Below, piece by piece: positions 27,084-36,101 of a stretch of 42,493 nt of DNA. The notes under the pieces are model-generated. The model saw only the letters and a list, made by a program, of their open reading frames with translations, ran no database searches and was not told the origin of the DNA. The position numbers and the translations under genes were made by a program. Source of the DNA: a virus (Duplodnaviria; Caudoviricetes); IMG/VR virus record IMGVR_UViG_3300027819_000460, positions 1 through 42,493 of that record. The stretch is one strand, 5' to 3'. Each line of letters starts with the position of its first letter. Within the stretch, counting starts at the first letter, position 1.

Positions 27084-28397
27084 TTAGAAGGCACTACCGT
27101 ACACAGCTATGGTGGTTCCAATACCAAGAGTTACAGCCGGGTTACTTCCACAACTGAACGATATTGACGTGATTGCACTGGATGTGTTGTTCCATACAGC
27201 AGACCCAGTTATGTGCTGCGGAGCAAAAGCCGCTGACGAGCTATGAGTACCCTCCCATGTGACGAATTTGCGAGCTGATGGCAGGTTTATAATATCGAAT
27301 GTGTAAAACTGAGGTGAAGTGGTCGAAACAGCGGACATTGCTAGAGCGCCCGTTGTGCTCGTGAGGCCCATCGCTCCCCCATTGTCACTAATAGTGTAAC
27401 CGTAGTTTGTTGCAGCGTCGTTGTTGAAGTGTATTTGTGGAATGGTCGCAGTATTGCACCCAGCACTGTAGTACACCACCTTGAGGTGTGAAGCTGCTGC
27501 AAATGTGGTAGTGGCGAACGACATAGCAGCGGTTGAAGTGGTCGCAGCTAATAAGGTCATATTTGGCTTTAGCCAAGTCAAAATACCGCTTCCATTTTCA
27601 GTTAGAACAGTTGACGACGCCCCACGCACTGATGGAAGCGTGTAGCCAACGCCGTTGTTTGCTATGAGAGTTGAGGTAGAGATGAAATTGTTGTCTATTT
27701 TCCCGAGGTTGTCGGTGGTTACCACCCGACATGGTGCTGTCGGAAGATTGTAGGTCGAGGTCGCGGATGATGCCGCGATAACCAAAGGCCCGGACGTTCC
27801 CGACGATGTAGATGACGCTACCTCACACCCGGAAGCCAGCTCTGAGACGCCCTTAGCGACAGTTGATGCGTCAATGACACCTGCGCCGCTGAACGCCACA
27901 CCGTCCACATACTCCTTGTCGGTAAGATCGCCGGTTGCTGCTGGGGTGACACCAGATGCGTATCGCACAGTGTTGGGAAACGTCTCAATGCCGTTGTTCT
28001 GGTTTCGTAGGCGGTTGATGAGAGGATAGTCCGTGATTTTTACGTTCGCTCCCACACGGTGGGCGAACTGCAAGGCGGCTATGGTCGTAGTGCCGGTCGT
28101 GAGGCTGAGGCCACGCTCCAAGCTGGTCACGCTCGTGCCGGACACCGTGCCGCAGACGTACTCGCTGTCTGAGCGCCCTTCGTCGATGGTAAAGCAGGCG
28201 TAGCCTGACACGGACTCGCTCCCTCGGACGCTGTTGCTCACAAGGGTCATGGAGGTGTCAGAGGACGTGATGCGGCTTGCCAGTGATGTTTCAAACAGGG
28301 CTGTGCCTGTTGGCAGGGTCACGGCGGAAGCGTGGGAGCCGGCGATAAATAATGCAGCGAGTACGATGAGGCCTATAGGCAGCAGGTATCTTTTCAT
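27084..28397 (-). CDS. Tail spike/fibre-like protein with N-terminal signal peptide
   Basis: MKRYLLPIGLIVLAALFIAGSHASA; head-binding-like ETSLASRITSSDTSM...ERGL...H..GA.V; KEYVD and ASTVAKGVSELA fibre motifs; C-terminal WNNTSSAITSI beta domain. Confidence 0.75.
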   Translation of the reverse strand: MKRYLLPIGLIVLAALFIAGSHASAVTLPTGTALFETSLASRITSSDTSMTLVSNSVRGSESVSGYACFTIDEGRSDSEYVCGTVSGTSVTSLERGLSLTTGTTTIAALQFAHRVGANVKITDYPLINRLRNQNNGIETFPNTVRYASGVTPAATGDLTDKEYVDGVAFSGAGVIDASTVAKGVSELASGCEVASSTSSGTSGPLVIAASSATSTYNLPTAPCRVVTTDNLGKIDNNFISTSTLIANNGVGYTLPSVRGASSTVLTENGSGILTWLKPNMTLLAATTSTAAMSFATTTFAAASHLKVVYYSAGCNTATIPQIHFNNDAATNYGYTISDNGGAMGLTSTTGALAMSAVSTTSPQFYTFDIINLPSARKFVTWEGTHSSSAAFAPQHITGSAVWNNTSSAITSISFSCGSNPAVTLGIGTTIAVYGSAF

Positions 28398-29149
28398 GCT
28401 GCCATGATAGGCGGTAGGGTAGGATTGTAACGCTGCTCTAGCAACTTATAGACAACCAAATACTCATCTTCCGATATTCTCGCCACGCCGAGTGCGTTTT
28501 TGAGTTCATCGGCTGGAGCGTAATTGTATTTAAAATCTTCACCTCTAGCTTTCCTGAACAACGAATTGATTTTCGCAATGACATTTGCAGCATCCAAAAC
28601 CTGCATGACTATTTGATTCCGAACTAATTCATTGATACGTTCGTTAGCGAGTCGTGCGATGAGATCCTGAATTCGGGCCTGTTGAATTTGCACAGTACGT
28701 AGCAGGTCAATGAGAAATTTCGATGTATCATCCGACAAATATCGAATCGGTGATTGGATAGAGCTTATAATGTGCGCTGGAACGACTGGAATCGCAAGAC
28801 GCGGCAACACTTGGATGCCTTCAGCACCGGAGGCCGAAATAGACGTCCGAACATAAGGCTTTAGTAGTTCTATGCAATCTGTAGCATATTTTGTCAGATC
28901 ACTCAATGCTAGTGGCAACAAAGCGAGAGCCGCCTCGGCCTCCCTTCGGCGTTTTTCCTCCTCTAGAGCCTCGGCAGCCTGGATTTGCTTCGCGACGGCT
29001 CGGTATGCAATAAGGGCTGCGAGCAATGCAATGAGACCAGAGATGAGAGTTTGCCATTTATCAGCAACGCCAATCGTCTTCAACATGAGCCATATCGCCC
29101 ACTCTTGAACTTCATTGAGACAGCAAATATGCGTCGGCGACTGATCCAC
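28394..29149 (-). CDS. Inserted accessory membrane-anchored hypothetical protein
   Basis: WQTLISGLIALLAALIA...QI N-terminal TM motif (alphaproteobacterial-type as I recall); more AT-rich than its neighbours. Confidence 0.7.
   Translation of the reverse strand: MDQSPTHICCLNEVQEWAIWLMLKTIGVADKWQTLISGLIALLAALIAYRAVAKQIQAAEALEEEKRRREAEAALALLPLALSDLTKYATDCIELLKPYVRTSISASGAEGIQVLPRLAIPVVPAHIISSIQSPIRYLSDDTSKFLIDLLRTVQIQQARIQDLIARLANERINELVRNQIVMQVLDAANVIAKINSLFRKARGEDFKYNYAPADELKNALGVARISEDEYLVVYKLLEQRYNPTLPPIMAA
28404..28433 (-). promoter_or_regulatory. Repeated late-promoter-like motif, copy 4
   Basis: GCGTTACA-N16-TATCAT-6nt-ATG(28397). Confidence 0.75.
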
Positions 29150-29164
29150 CCAGACTCTCCGCCT

Positions 29165-31054
29165 CTAAACATGCTTGGTAGCCAAACTCTTTCTGCCTTT
29201 ATCACGGTTGTCCCGGTATGTGTAGCTGTTGATCGCCGCATACCCGATGTTGAGTGCCTGAAACCGCGTTGATATATATTGATATTTGGCTGTGTGGATG
29301 GGGAAGGTCACGTCGAAAGGATGCGCTGTAGCCTCTCCACCACCACCAATGACCTTGGAGCCGATGGTGTAGGACCCGATGGGCGTGTTGATGCCCTGGT
29401 CAACATAAGACCCGTCGCCTGAGATGGTGAATACGTGCACGGGGGTGCCGTCATCAAGGACGTTGAAGACCGCGATATCTTGGTCACGCTGAATGAGGCC
29501 AGTGATCCGCATGAGATGGGTTTTTTTGAGGTTGTCAGTGCCGAGGTTGAGCTGCCCGTCCTGCCACCAGTTCTCGATGGGTGATTCGTCGTCGTCAAAG
29601 CCCGAAAACAGGGTGTAGACGTTGTTGGATATGCTGCTCCCGCCGATGAGTGCCCCGTCCAGGATATCCAGGCACGATACCTTGTAGTCCAGTTTGTCCC
29701 ATGCCCCCGAGTAGACATTTTTCACATAAAAGGCTGAGTTGTAGGTGTTGGCTGTGCCATTGACGTACTCCTGTAGGCAGACAATCTCTAGGTCTCCCCA
29801 GCGAAACGCCACGGCATAATCAAAACCATGAGCCGAGAGGTCCAGGGCGTCTGATATCGAGGTAGGCACAATCGTGGTGTTGTTGGTGTTCTGCCCGATC
29901 TCTAACCGCCGCACCTTGGGGTCGTTCGGGTTGGATGTGTCGATGAGTAAGATGCCATCCGGTGTGGTGTAGGCAGCTCGTGGGTAGCTGATGCCGATGT
30001 TCCGGTACGGGAGGTTGGTACTGTCCGTGTCGTCCAGTGAGGTCGTGAGTGCCCAAGTTTTCAACAGGTGGATGGCATACTCCACATTGAGGAACGGAAG
30101 CACGGTCATAAACGGCCCGCCGTCGTCCTGGCGGTAGATTTTCGCCTTACCAGCTCCCGGTGAGGATGTATCAAAATCGAGAGGGCCGCTGCTGGTAGCG
30201 TCCTCGGTGTAGTAGTCCGCGGTGACCGCACCCGAGGTCGTGTGGTTGAACGTCACGCTGTAGGCTCCGGTGGCGTAGTTGATAGTGCCCGTAGATCCCT
30301 GATTGCCCACCAGTCCACCATTTCGGTCATCGACGAGGGTTTCGCCGCCGGCCTCCTTGATCGCCACATACATGCAGGATTTGACGCCTGTGACGGCGGT
30401 CAGCGTTCCAGAGTAAACCGTGGAACCTGATGCCCCCACCACCTCAGCGGTTGTCTGTGTGTAGGAAGACAGAAGTGCCTTGTCGATAGCCGAGAGGTAG
30501 AGGCCCGTCTTATCGTTATTCCCAGCCGTAGTGCCGTTGCGCTGTCCACCCATGGAGCGCCCCTGATTGAAACGGAGCAAGCCAAAGCGGAAACTGCTGG
30601 CTGCCTGGCTCACAGCGCTGCCGGGGTTGGCAACGGGGATTTTGAACGTGCCGGAATTGGGGGAGCCGAGGTACATCATCGAGCCGGCAAGGTTCTGGTA
30701 GAACGAAAACCAGACATCCTCCCCGTCCGCTGCGCTGCCGAGGAGGTCTGTGCCTACCTCGTGTGTGTCGTCGTCATCAGCATCGTAGTACTTGACCTTC
30801 TGGCCGTGGCTGAAAAATGGAACCTGGGTGCCGTCGTTGCGGAGGCCGACGCCGATGCCGGTCACCTTCCCCACACCACTTTGACGGGTGGCGCCCAAGA
30901 GCTGGGAGCCGCGACGGAGTTCGATATGGTCGCCAAACTTGGACGTGACCCAGTTGAGTGCCGAGGTAGCAATACCAGGCTTGAGCGTTTTGGTGTCCTT
31001 GATGAAGGTGTTTTGCCCGCTAAAGGACGAAACCGTGAAATCGGGAATGTTCAT
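29165..31054 (-). CDS. Tail hub / packaged DNA stabilisation protein (P22 gp10-like)
   Basis: 629-aa beta-propeller-like protein starting FSGQN...NW...IELRRGS; follows the adaptor. Confidence 0.7.
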   Translation of the reverse strand: MNIPDFTVSSFSGQNTFIKDTKTLKPGIATSALNWVTSKFGDHIELRRGSQLLGATRQSGVGKVTGIGVGLRNDGTQVPFFSHGQKVKYYDADDDDTHEVGTDLLGSAADGEDVWFSFYQNLAGSMMYLGSPNSGTFKIPVANPGSAVSQAASSFRFGLLRFNQGRSMGGQRNGTTAGNNDKTGLYLSAIDKALLSSYTQTTAEVVGASGSTVYSGTLTAVTGVKSCMYVAIKEAGGETLVDDRNGGLVGNQGSTGTINYATGAYSVTFNHTTSGAVTADYYTEDATSSGPLDFDTSSPGAGKAKIYRQDDGGPFMTVLPFLNVEYAIHLLKTWALTTSLDDTDSTNLPYRNIGISYPRAAYTTPDGILLIDTSNPNDPKVRRLEIGQNTNNTTIVPTSISDALDLSAHGFDYAVAFRWGDLEIVCLQEYVNGTANTYNSAFYVKNVYSGAWDKLDYKVSCLDILDGALIGGSSISNNVYTLFSGFDDDESPIENWWQDGQLNLGTDNLKKTHLMRITGLIQRDQDIAVFNVLDDGTPVHVFTISGDGSYVDQGINTPIGSYTIGSKVIGGGGEATAHPFDVTFPIHTAKYQYISTRFQALNIGYAAINSYTYRDNRDKGRKSLATKHV

Positions 31055-31758
31055 GAGTTCATGTTGATGGCCCCAGAACGATATCCGTCACCTGGCTCGT
31101 TGTAGGGGTCGGTAGCCCGGAATGAGGATTGCTGCTTGGCGTTGTCCAAGGTCTCTAGGCGCTGGATGATGGCTTCTGCCTGCGCACGGTTGTCGGGGGA
31201 CATGCGGGCGTTGATGTCGTCAAAATCTATACCGCCCTTGTGCATCCCTACCGCCATGAAGCCCAGCAACGGATGCGACCAGGAAGGGAAAGCCCAGCTT
31301 GAAGCGTCGTCATTGGTAATATCCCCACTGTCGCGGATGTAGTCGATATACAGCGTGCCACCGAACGAGATATTGCCGTTGAGGTAGAGGGTTTGTGTCG
31401 CCTCGTTGTAGCAAAAGGTGTTGGGGCTGTCCTTGTAGGCAAGGCGTTGCTCAAAGGGCACCTGCCGGTATTCCTCGATGCGGTTGTTGCCGTCGAACAG
31501 CTTGATAGGGGCGTTCTGGTCGGTCTCGTAGAACCTATTGAAATCCGTGATAGAAGCCAGGGAGATGGCCGTATTCCATGCGCTGCTGGCACTGGCGGAC
31601 ACCGTCTTGGAAGTGTCGGTCTTACGCAGCAGCATCCAGGGGCGGCGTTGTTCCACCATGGCTCGGGAGAGATTGAGTAACTGAAACAGCAGGGTAGATC
31701 CGATGGCGTCACCCCCGTTCACCTCCTCACAGAATGTTTCCAGCGCGGGGCCTGTCAT
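31051..31758 (-). CDS. Head-tail adaptor/connector (gp4-like)
   Basis: LLN...VEQRRPW.LLRK...FPSWSHPLL pattern; start refined to the ATG at 31758. Confidence 0.7.
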   Translation of the reverse strand: MTGPALETFCEEVNGGDAIGSTLLFQLLNLSRAMVEQRRPWMLLRKTDTSKTVSASASSAWNTAISLASITDFNRFYETDQNAPIKLFDGNNRIEEYRQVPFEQRLAYKDSPNTFCYNEATQTLYLNGNISFGGTLYIDYIRDSGDITNDDASSWAFPSWSHPLLGFMAVGMHKGGIDFDDINARMSPDNRAQAEAIIQRLETLDNAKQQSSFRATDPYNEPGDGYRSGAINMNS

Positions 31759-31764
31759 GGTAGT

Positions 31765-31794
31765 AGGGTAGCAACAGGATGGTGGTTGTAACGC
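31765..31794 (-). promoter_or_regulatory. Repeated late-promoter-like motif, copy 5
   Basis: GCGTTACA-N16-TACCCT-6nt-ATG(31758). Confidence 0.75.
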
Positions 31795-31813
31795 TACCAA
31801 ACGGAGGTCATGT

Positions 31814-32035
31814 ATGCAGTATCTATCAGCAGTAGCTTTGATCCTCAACTTTGGCGGGACTGTTTTGGCAGCCACGGCGTTTGGAGAGCACGTTGGCGGG
31901 GGCTACGATAACAAGAATGGCAAACGCATATATCTCGCATCATTTTTGAGCCCATTTAGATTCTACTCAGGTATGACCCTATTGGGCGTCGGGTTCCTGT
32001 TACAGCTTCTATTGGAAATTATCCGAGTTCAGTAG
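31814..32035 (+). CDS. Small two-TM accessory membrane protein
   Basis: GGAGG SD; two hydrophobic helices, GFLLQL C-terminal motif. Confidence 0.65.
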   Translation: MQYLSAVALILNFGGTVLAATAFGEHVGGGYDNKNGKRIYLASFLSPFRFYSGMTLLGVGFLLQLLLEIIRVQ

Positions 32036-32497
32036 CTCGTGTTTCAATGCTACCTCCGCCAACATCCAATCCGACATGAACGTCCGTTGTGGGTGCCAGC
32101 TATCCTGTTCGCATCGGTCCCACAGGGCTACGCGGTCTTGCGGTAGCAGGGTGCGCACCACGGCGTCGTATTCGGCCTTGCGTTGGTTGCTGCCACAGGA
32201 TTTCCAAGCATGGCAGCTTCGGCAGACACAGACCACCAACCTGGTATCCGCGAACGTGGCTGAGTTTGCCCGGGTGATGAGGTGATCAGCCTGGAGGACA
32301 ACACCGGGGATATCCGGGAGCCCGTTGCAGCGGCGGACATCGCGGAGGATACATCCGCCGTCCCTGGCTATCACGATCGCGCGCAAAAGTGCCTGGATGC
32401 GTTCCTTGATCTCGGCAGTGTCAGAGTGACCGGCTACGCGGATTCGGGTCTTGGCTCGTAGTGGAGTGTGTCGAGGGAGAGGGCCGCCGCGTTTCAT
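32009..32497 (-). CDS. NinG-like HNH-fold nuclease
   Basis: IVIARDGGC...C...LQADHLITR...LVVCVCRSCH. Confidence 0.7.
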   Translation of the reverse strand: MKRGGPLPRHTPLRAKTRIRVAGHSDTAEIKERIQALLRAIVIARDGGCILRDVRRCNGLPDIPGVVLQADHLITRANSATFADTRLVVCVCRSCHAWKSCGSNQRKAEYDAVVRTLLPQDRVALWDRCEQDSWHPQRTFMSDWMLAEVALKHELLNSDNFQ

Positions 32498-32530
32498 ATT
32501 GCAATTCAGTATATCAGATACTCAGTAATC

Positions 32531-32920
32531 CTATTTAGTCGGGTGTATCGACGGTATATCGACAGCATAAAGATCAACACATTCCTCCTTGGCCATGATC
32601 AGAAAGTCATCGTCGTGACCGACGTGGCGGACGAATGGATAGCGCTCACACCTCCAAGGTGGCGTCACATCGAACATAGTACCATTGGGGTCCATTAGGA
32701 CAGAGTGGGCCACGATACGCCAGTTACCAGAACCCGTGTCGAATACCAAATACCCTCGAACATATCGGTAAGTAGGGTTGGCGAGAACAAACCGGTCCAC
32801 ATTGCCGTGGCAGTTGCCTGCTGTTGGCACCCAACCTTCCATGGATATAGCCAGGCGCTCCAAAAGAACACCCTCCGAGTGCCGCAAAACTATCCCGCGC
32901 GCATACTTTGCTATGTCCAT
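32531..32920 (-). CDS. Hypothetical protein with transglutaminase/papain-like C-H-D residues
   Basis: GNCHGNV...RGYL...AHSV...FDVTP. Confidence 0.6.
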   Translation of the reverse strand: MDIAKYARGIVLRHSEGVLLERLAISMEGWVPTAGNCHGNVDRFVLANPTYRYVRGYLVFDTGSGNWRIVAHSVLMDPNGTMFDVTPPWRCERYPFVRHVGHDDDFLIMAKEECVDLYAVDIPSIHPTK

Positions 32921-32944
32921 GGACCTTCGTATACCAGATTGACC

Positions 32945-32974
32945 AAAAAAACACCTCCCCTTCAAGGGAGGTGT
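32945..32974 (-). terminator. Intrinsic terminator after the DUF932 gene
   Basis: ACACCTCCC-N6-GGGAGGTGT followed by T7 on the minus strand. Confidence 0.8.
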
Positions 32975-32978
32975 AAGG

Positions 32979-33698
32979 CTAGTGGATGCTTTCGCAAACT
33001 CCGTCGATAATCCGATGAAGGGTTGGCGTGGCCGTGGGCTTCTCCATGACCTTGCCATTGAGGGCGAAGGTCACAGCGTTGAACAAGCGCCAGGCGTTCC
33101 GTTCGTCGAGGTCGGGGAAGGACGGTCTGTCCCATTCCGCCAGAACGTCGGGGACGCGCTGGATGTTGATGACACCCTCCCGGTAGAGCTGGAGGATGGC
33201 ATGGTCGGCTTGGCCATCGGTCAGCATCGTGCCCTGGTAGCGTTGCAGGGTGCGGTGCTGCTGTTCCCGATGCAGTGCCAGCGGCTCGATGAGTTCGCCG
33301 ACGATGCCGGGAAGATCCCGCTTCAAGTTGGCCGTGTGCCGGCGCTTGATAACCTGGTCGGCCATGAAAGCCATGTTGTCGCAGACGAACACCCGCGAAC
33401 CGAAGCCAATCCCAACCGGAAAACTCCGGTCGTGCGAATTGCGTATGCCAACGGTATCCTCGTAACCTGTGTAGGTGCTCCGCAGGGAGAGAAGGCCGAA
33501 GTAGCGTTGGCCATCTGGCGTCACTCCATGATGCTCGTCCGTCACCTCATGCCCGTACATCGTCAACGTCCCTTTGATGAGGTCGATGATGCGGAAGTGG
33601 GGTATCGGGATGTGGGTTGAGGTTGCGTCAGGGGTTTCGAGCTGGCGCAGACCGTCATAGTCAACGGTGTCAGCTCCAGCGTGAAGCATGAGTGTCAT
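32979..33698 (-). CDS. DUF932 domain protein
   Basis: THIPIPH...RYFGLL...GIRNSHD....GSRVFVCDNMAF...RRHT...NAWRLFNAVT. Confidence 0.85.
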   Translation of the reverse strand: MTLMLHAGADTVDYDGLRQLETPDATSTHIPIPHFRIIDLIKGTLTMYGHEVTDEHHGVTPDGQRYFGLLSLRSTYTGYEDTVGIRNSHDRSFPVGIGFGSRVFVCDNMAFMADQVIKRRHTANLKRDLPGIVGELIEPLALHREQQHRTLQRYQGTMLTDGQADHAILQLYREGVINIQRVPDVLAEWDRPSFPDLDERNAWRLFNAVTFALNGKVMEKPTATPTLHRIIDGVCESIH

Positions 33699-33743
33699 GG
33701 TCAGACCTTTCTTAAAGAACAACAACTTCATCGTACCATGGCG

Positions 33744-34079
33744 TCAATCAAAGCTGCGCCAATGCCCACGGCCCTTGCGCACTCGTCTCTCTCGCTTGAT
33801 GCGCTGCGTCGAGTAACCTTGGGCGATAAGCTCCCGCCGTATCACGTCATGACAAACGCCGATTTCCTCTTGAATGTAGGAAAACGTGCGGCCCTTCTTC
33901 CGCATTTCGATAACCACCTTCATTTCGTTCGGGTAGAGCGTCATGCGCTTGGCTTCCTGTGCTGCCGCGAGTTTGCGGCGGTGCTCTGTCCACCTTGCGT
34001 CATTGGCGATATAGGCGAGCTGCGCTGCCGATAGCTTGGCGCGCTGCTCTGTGCTCATTGGTGCTCGGGTTCCACTCAT
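33744..34079 (-). CDS. NUMOD3-like repeat plus HTH DNA-binding protein
   Basis: STEQRAKLSAAQ / TEHRRKLAAAQ repeats; C-terminal GRTFSYIQEEIGVCHDVIRREL HTH; CAGGAG SD. Confidence 0.6.
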   Translation of the reverse strand: MSGTRAPMSTEQRAKLSAAQLAYIANDARWTEHRRKLAAAQEAKRMTLYPNEMKVVIEMRKKGRTFSYIQEEIGVCHDVIRRELIAQGYSTQRIKRERRVRKGRGHWRSFD

Positions 34080-34197
34080 CACGGACTGCTCCTGTGTTCT
34101 GTCCGAGAGTGATTTTACCATGTGGTCGCTATGGTGCACCTTGGTGATATTGGTGGTTTATCTTTGTGCCACTACATAAAAGGGTGGAGATATACCA

Positions 34198-35034
34198 ATG
34201 GCATACACATTCATTCGCACCCGCAAGTCGGGCCGCAGATACAAATATGTGCAGGAAAGCTACCGAGAGGGTGGGAAGGTGAAGACGCGCTACCTATCCT
34301 GCACGCCGCTAGACCCGCCGATACCCAAACGTCCTAGGAAGGGAAAAATCGACTGGGCTGGCACGGTCAAAGGGGTAGTCTCTATGGGCGTCACCGCAGC
34401 TCTGGGGAAGCTCGGGCCACCTGGTGGTCTCTCGCACAAGAATAATCGATACCGGCCAGTCGATCCCCGGACATTTGAAAAAATGACAGATAAAGAGCGC
34501 CAGATGGAATTGCTGCGTGCTCGTATAGCGCGGGAAGATGATGAGCGGCGAGCAGAGGCGCGCCAATACAACACTCCTGCCGCGAAAGAATGGAAAATCT
34601 GGTTTGCTGAACAGGAACGCGCAGAGCTGACAGCGTCGCGGGAACGGGAAACCAAAGCATTCGCCGAATGGCAAGAACACCAGAAAGGTTATTTCAAATG
34701 GGACGGCACGATTTACTCAAACCGTGAAGACGCTCAAAAAGCTCTTGCCGGTTACGTTGAAAGTCTCAGCCGGCAGGCATACTACAACCATGTTTACGGT
34801 CCTGGGCCAGACGACCATGCTTTGGTCACACAGGAATACACTGATTCGGAAAAGCAAGAGCGTTCCGAACATGCCAAAGCTTATCAAACCAGCCTCCACA
34901 ACCTGAATGCCGACATCGCACAGGCCACACCATCGCCTGATACCGCCCCTGATACCGCTCCCGATGCTGGGGACAGTTCTGCCGGTGAAGGACAGGATGG
35001 TCAAGGAGACGGTAAAGGTGACGGGGCGCCATAA
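34198..35034 (+). CDS. Hypothetical protein
   Basis: N-terminal GRRYKYVQESYREGGKVKTRYL beta domain (IS1634-N/DUF4277-like); acidic low-complexity tail with PDTA repeats. Confidence 0.65.
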   Translation: MAYTFIRTRKSGRRYKYVQESYREGGKVKTRYLSCTPLDPPIPKRPRKGKIDWAGTVKGVVSMGVTAALGKLGPPGGLSHKNNRYRPVDPRTFEKMTDKERQMELLRARIAREDDERRAEARQYNTPAAKEWKIWFAEQERAELTASRERETKAFAEWQEHQKGYFKWDGTIYSNREDAQKALAGYVESLSRQAYYNHVYGPGPDDHALVTQEYTDSEKQERSEHAKAYQTSLHNLNADIAQATPSPDTAPDTAPDAGDSSAGEGQDGQGDGKGDGAP

Positions 35035-35080
35035 GGGAGACCACCCGGACGATCAATTTTTCACCTGTTGATGATGGTTC

Positions 35081-35827
35081 CTAGAGATTTTGCTTCCGTA
35101 GCTCCATAAGGAGCTCCCGCACACCCAGCAGCATGAATCTCTCTTGAAAGACGTATTGAAAAATATGAAGGCTCGTGGCACCAACCTGCGCGGTTGATTT
35201 CAGTCCCATAGCGAGTGTCAGGTCATCGTCATGAAGGTAAAGGTGTTGCAATTGCGTTTGGTCAGTATCCCGCTGCATTGTCATACTGGCCGTGACGCCC
35301 AATACATTTGGATGGGCTCCGAAGTTTATAGAACGTTCATACAATTGTTCGTACACTTCGCCAAGACGCGCTTCCGCTCCTGCAACAGTCTTTTGCACAT
35401 CAATGGCACGAAATGCCCTTCTAACAGCCTTCAACGAAGCTGCATCCTCATTGCGATTAAGCCAGGTTTCGCCCAAAGCTGGATTCTTGAAGATGTGTAG
35501 GCCATATGCCGCGTACTCGAGGCAAGATCTCAAGAGAACAAATGTCTCTGCCACTTGACCGGACATACAAAGGCCACAGGAACCTCGATATGCAGCATGC
35601 GATCGGAAAAGCATATTTGCACCCAGTATACTCTTCGGGTTAACGAGGTTATTGCCAATTCTACAAAAGGCGTCGTCGATGTCGGACAGCAATTTGTATT
35701 CGGGCTTCTTAAGTGCAAAGGTCGAAGCCTGATTTGATCCAGCCATCTTAAGGAACGCTGACAGCCCGTCAGTGCCCCATCCAGGTGGCTTGCTTTGGTT
35801 CGATGAGGTCTTCGATGCTTCACTCAC
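35081..35827 (-). CDS. DUF5677-like helical accessory protein
   Basis: LLRSCLE...YERS...GAHPN pattern; GGAG SD; AT-richer than its neighbours. Confidence 0.65.
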   Translation of the reverse strand: MSEASKTSSNQSKPPGWGTDGLSAFLKMAGSNQASTFALKKPEYKLLSDIDDAFCRIGNNLVNPKSILGANMLFRSHAAYRGSCGLCMSGQVAETFVLLRSCLEYAAYGLHIFKNPALGETWLNRNEDAASLKAVRRAFRAIDVQKTVAGAEARLGEVYEQLYERSINFGAHPNVLGVTASMTMQRDTDQTQLQHLYLHDDDLTLAMGLKSTAQVGATSLHIFQYVFQERFMLLGVRELLMELRKQNL

Positions 35828-35877
35828 ACGCGGTCTCCTATCCGTTCACCAATAACAGATTGGGGTAATCATTGCAA

Positions 35878-36003
35878 CTAGTCCTCCAGTGGTGCAGAGG
35901 AATGACGCGGGCATGGTGAGGGATAGCCAATTTCGCTCTCGCGCCATTTGCATGTCTCGCAGTCCTCCCACTCTAAATCACTCTCTCGATAGTTTGTGGC
36001 CAT
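35878..36003 (-). CDS. 41-aa CxxC...CPxH Zn-binding peptide (not in ORF track)
   Basis: MATNYRESDLEWEDCETCKWRESEIGYPSPCPRHSSAPLED. Confidence 0.45.
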   Translation of the reverse strand: MATNYRESDLEWEDCETCKWRESEIGYPSPCPRHSSAPLED

Positions 36004-36008
36004 ATCCC

Positions 36009-36101
36009 TTAAATGTTAGCGCACATGATAATGGTGCCGATAGCGAACAGGATGCCAGGAGAGATGATGATTAGGGCGAGTTTGATTTGGTAGTTAGTCA
36101 T
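36009..36101 (-). CDS. 30-aa hydrophobic peptide (not in ORF track)
   Basis: MTNYQIKLALIIISPGILFAIGTIIMCANI; start overlaps the upstream stop. Confidence 0.4.
   Translation of the reverse strand: MTNYQIKLALIIISPGILFAIGTIIMCANI

Noticed and set aside
34934-34968. Imperfect 12-bp tandem repeat (CCTGATACCGCC-like)
   Set aside because: Simply encodes PDTA repeats in a low-complexity protein tail
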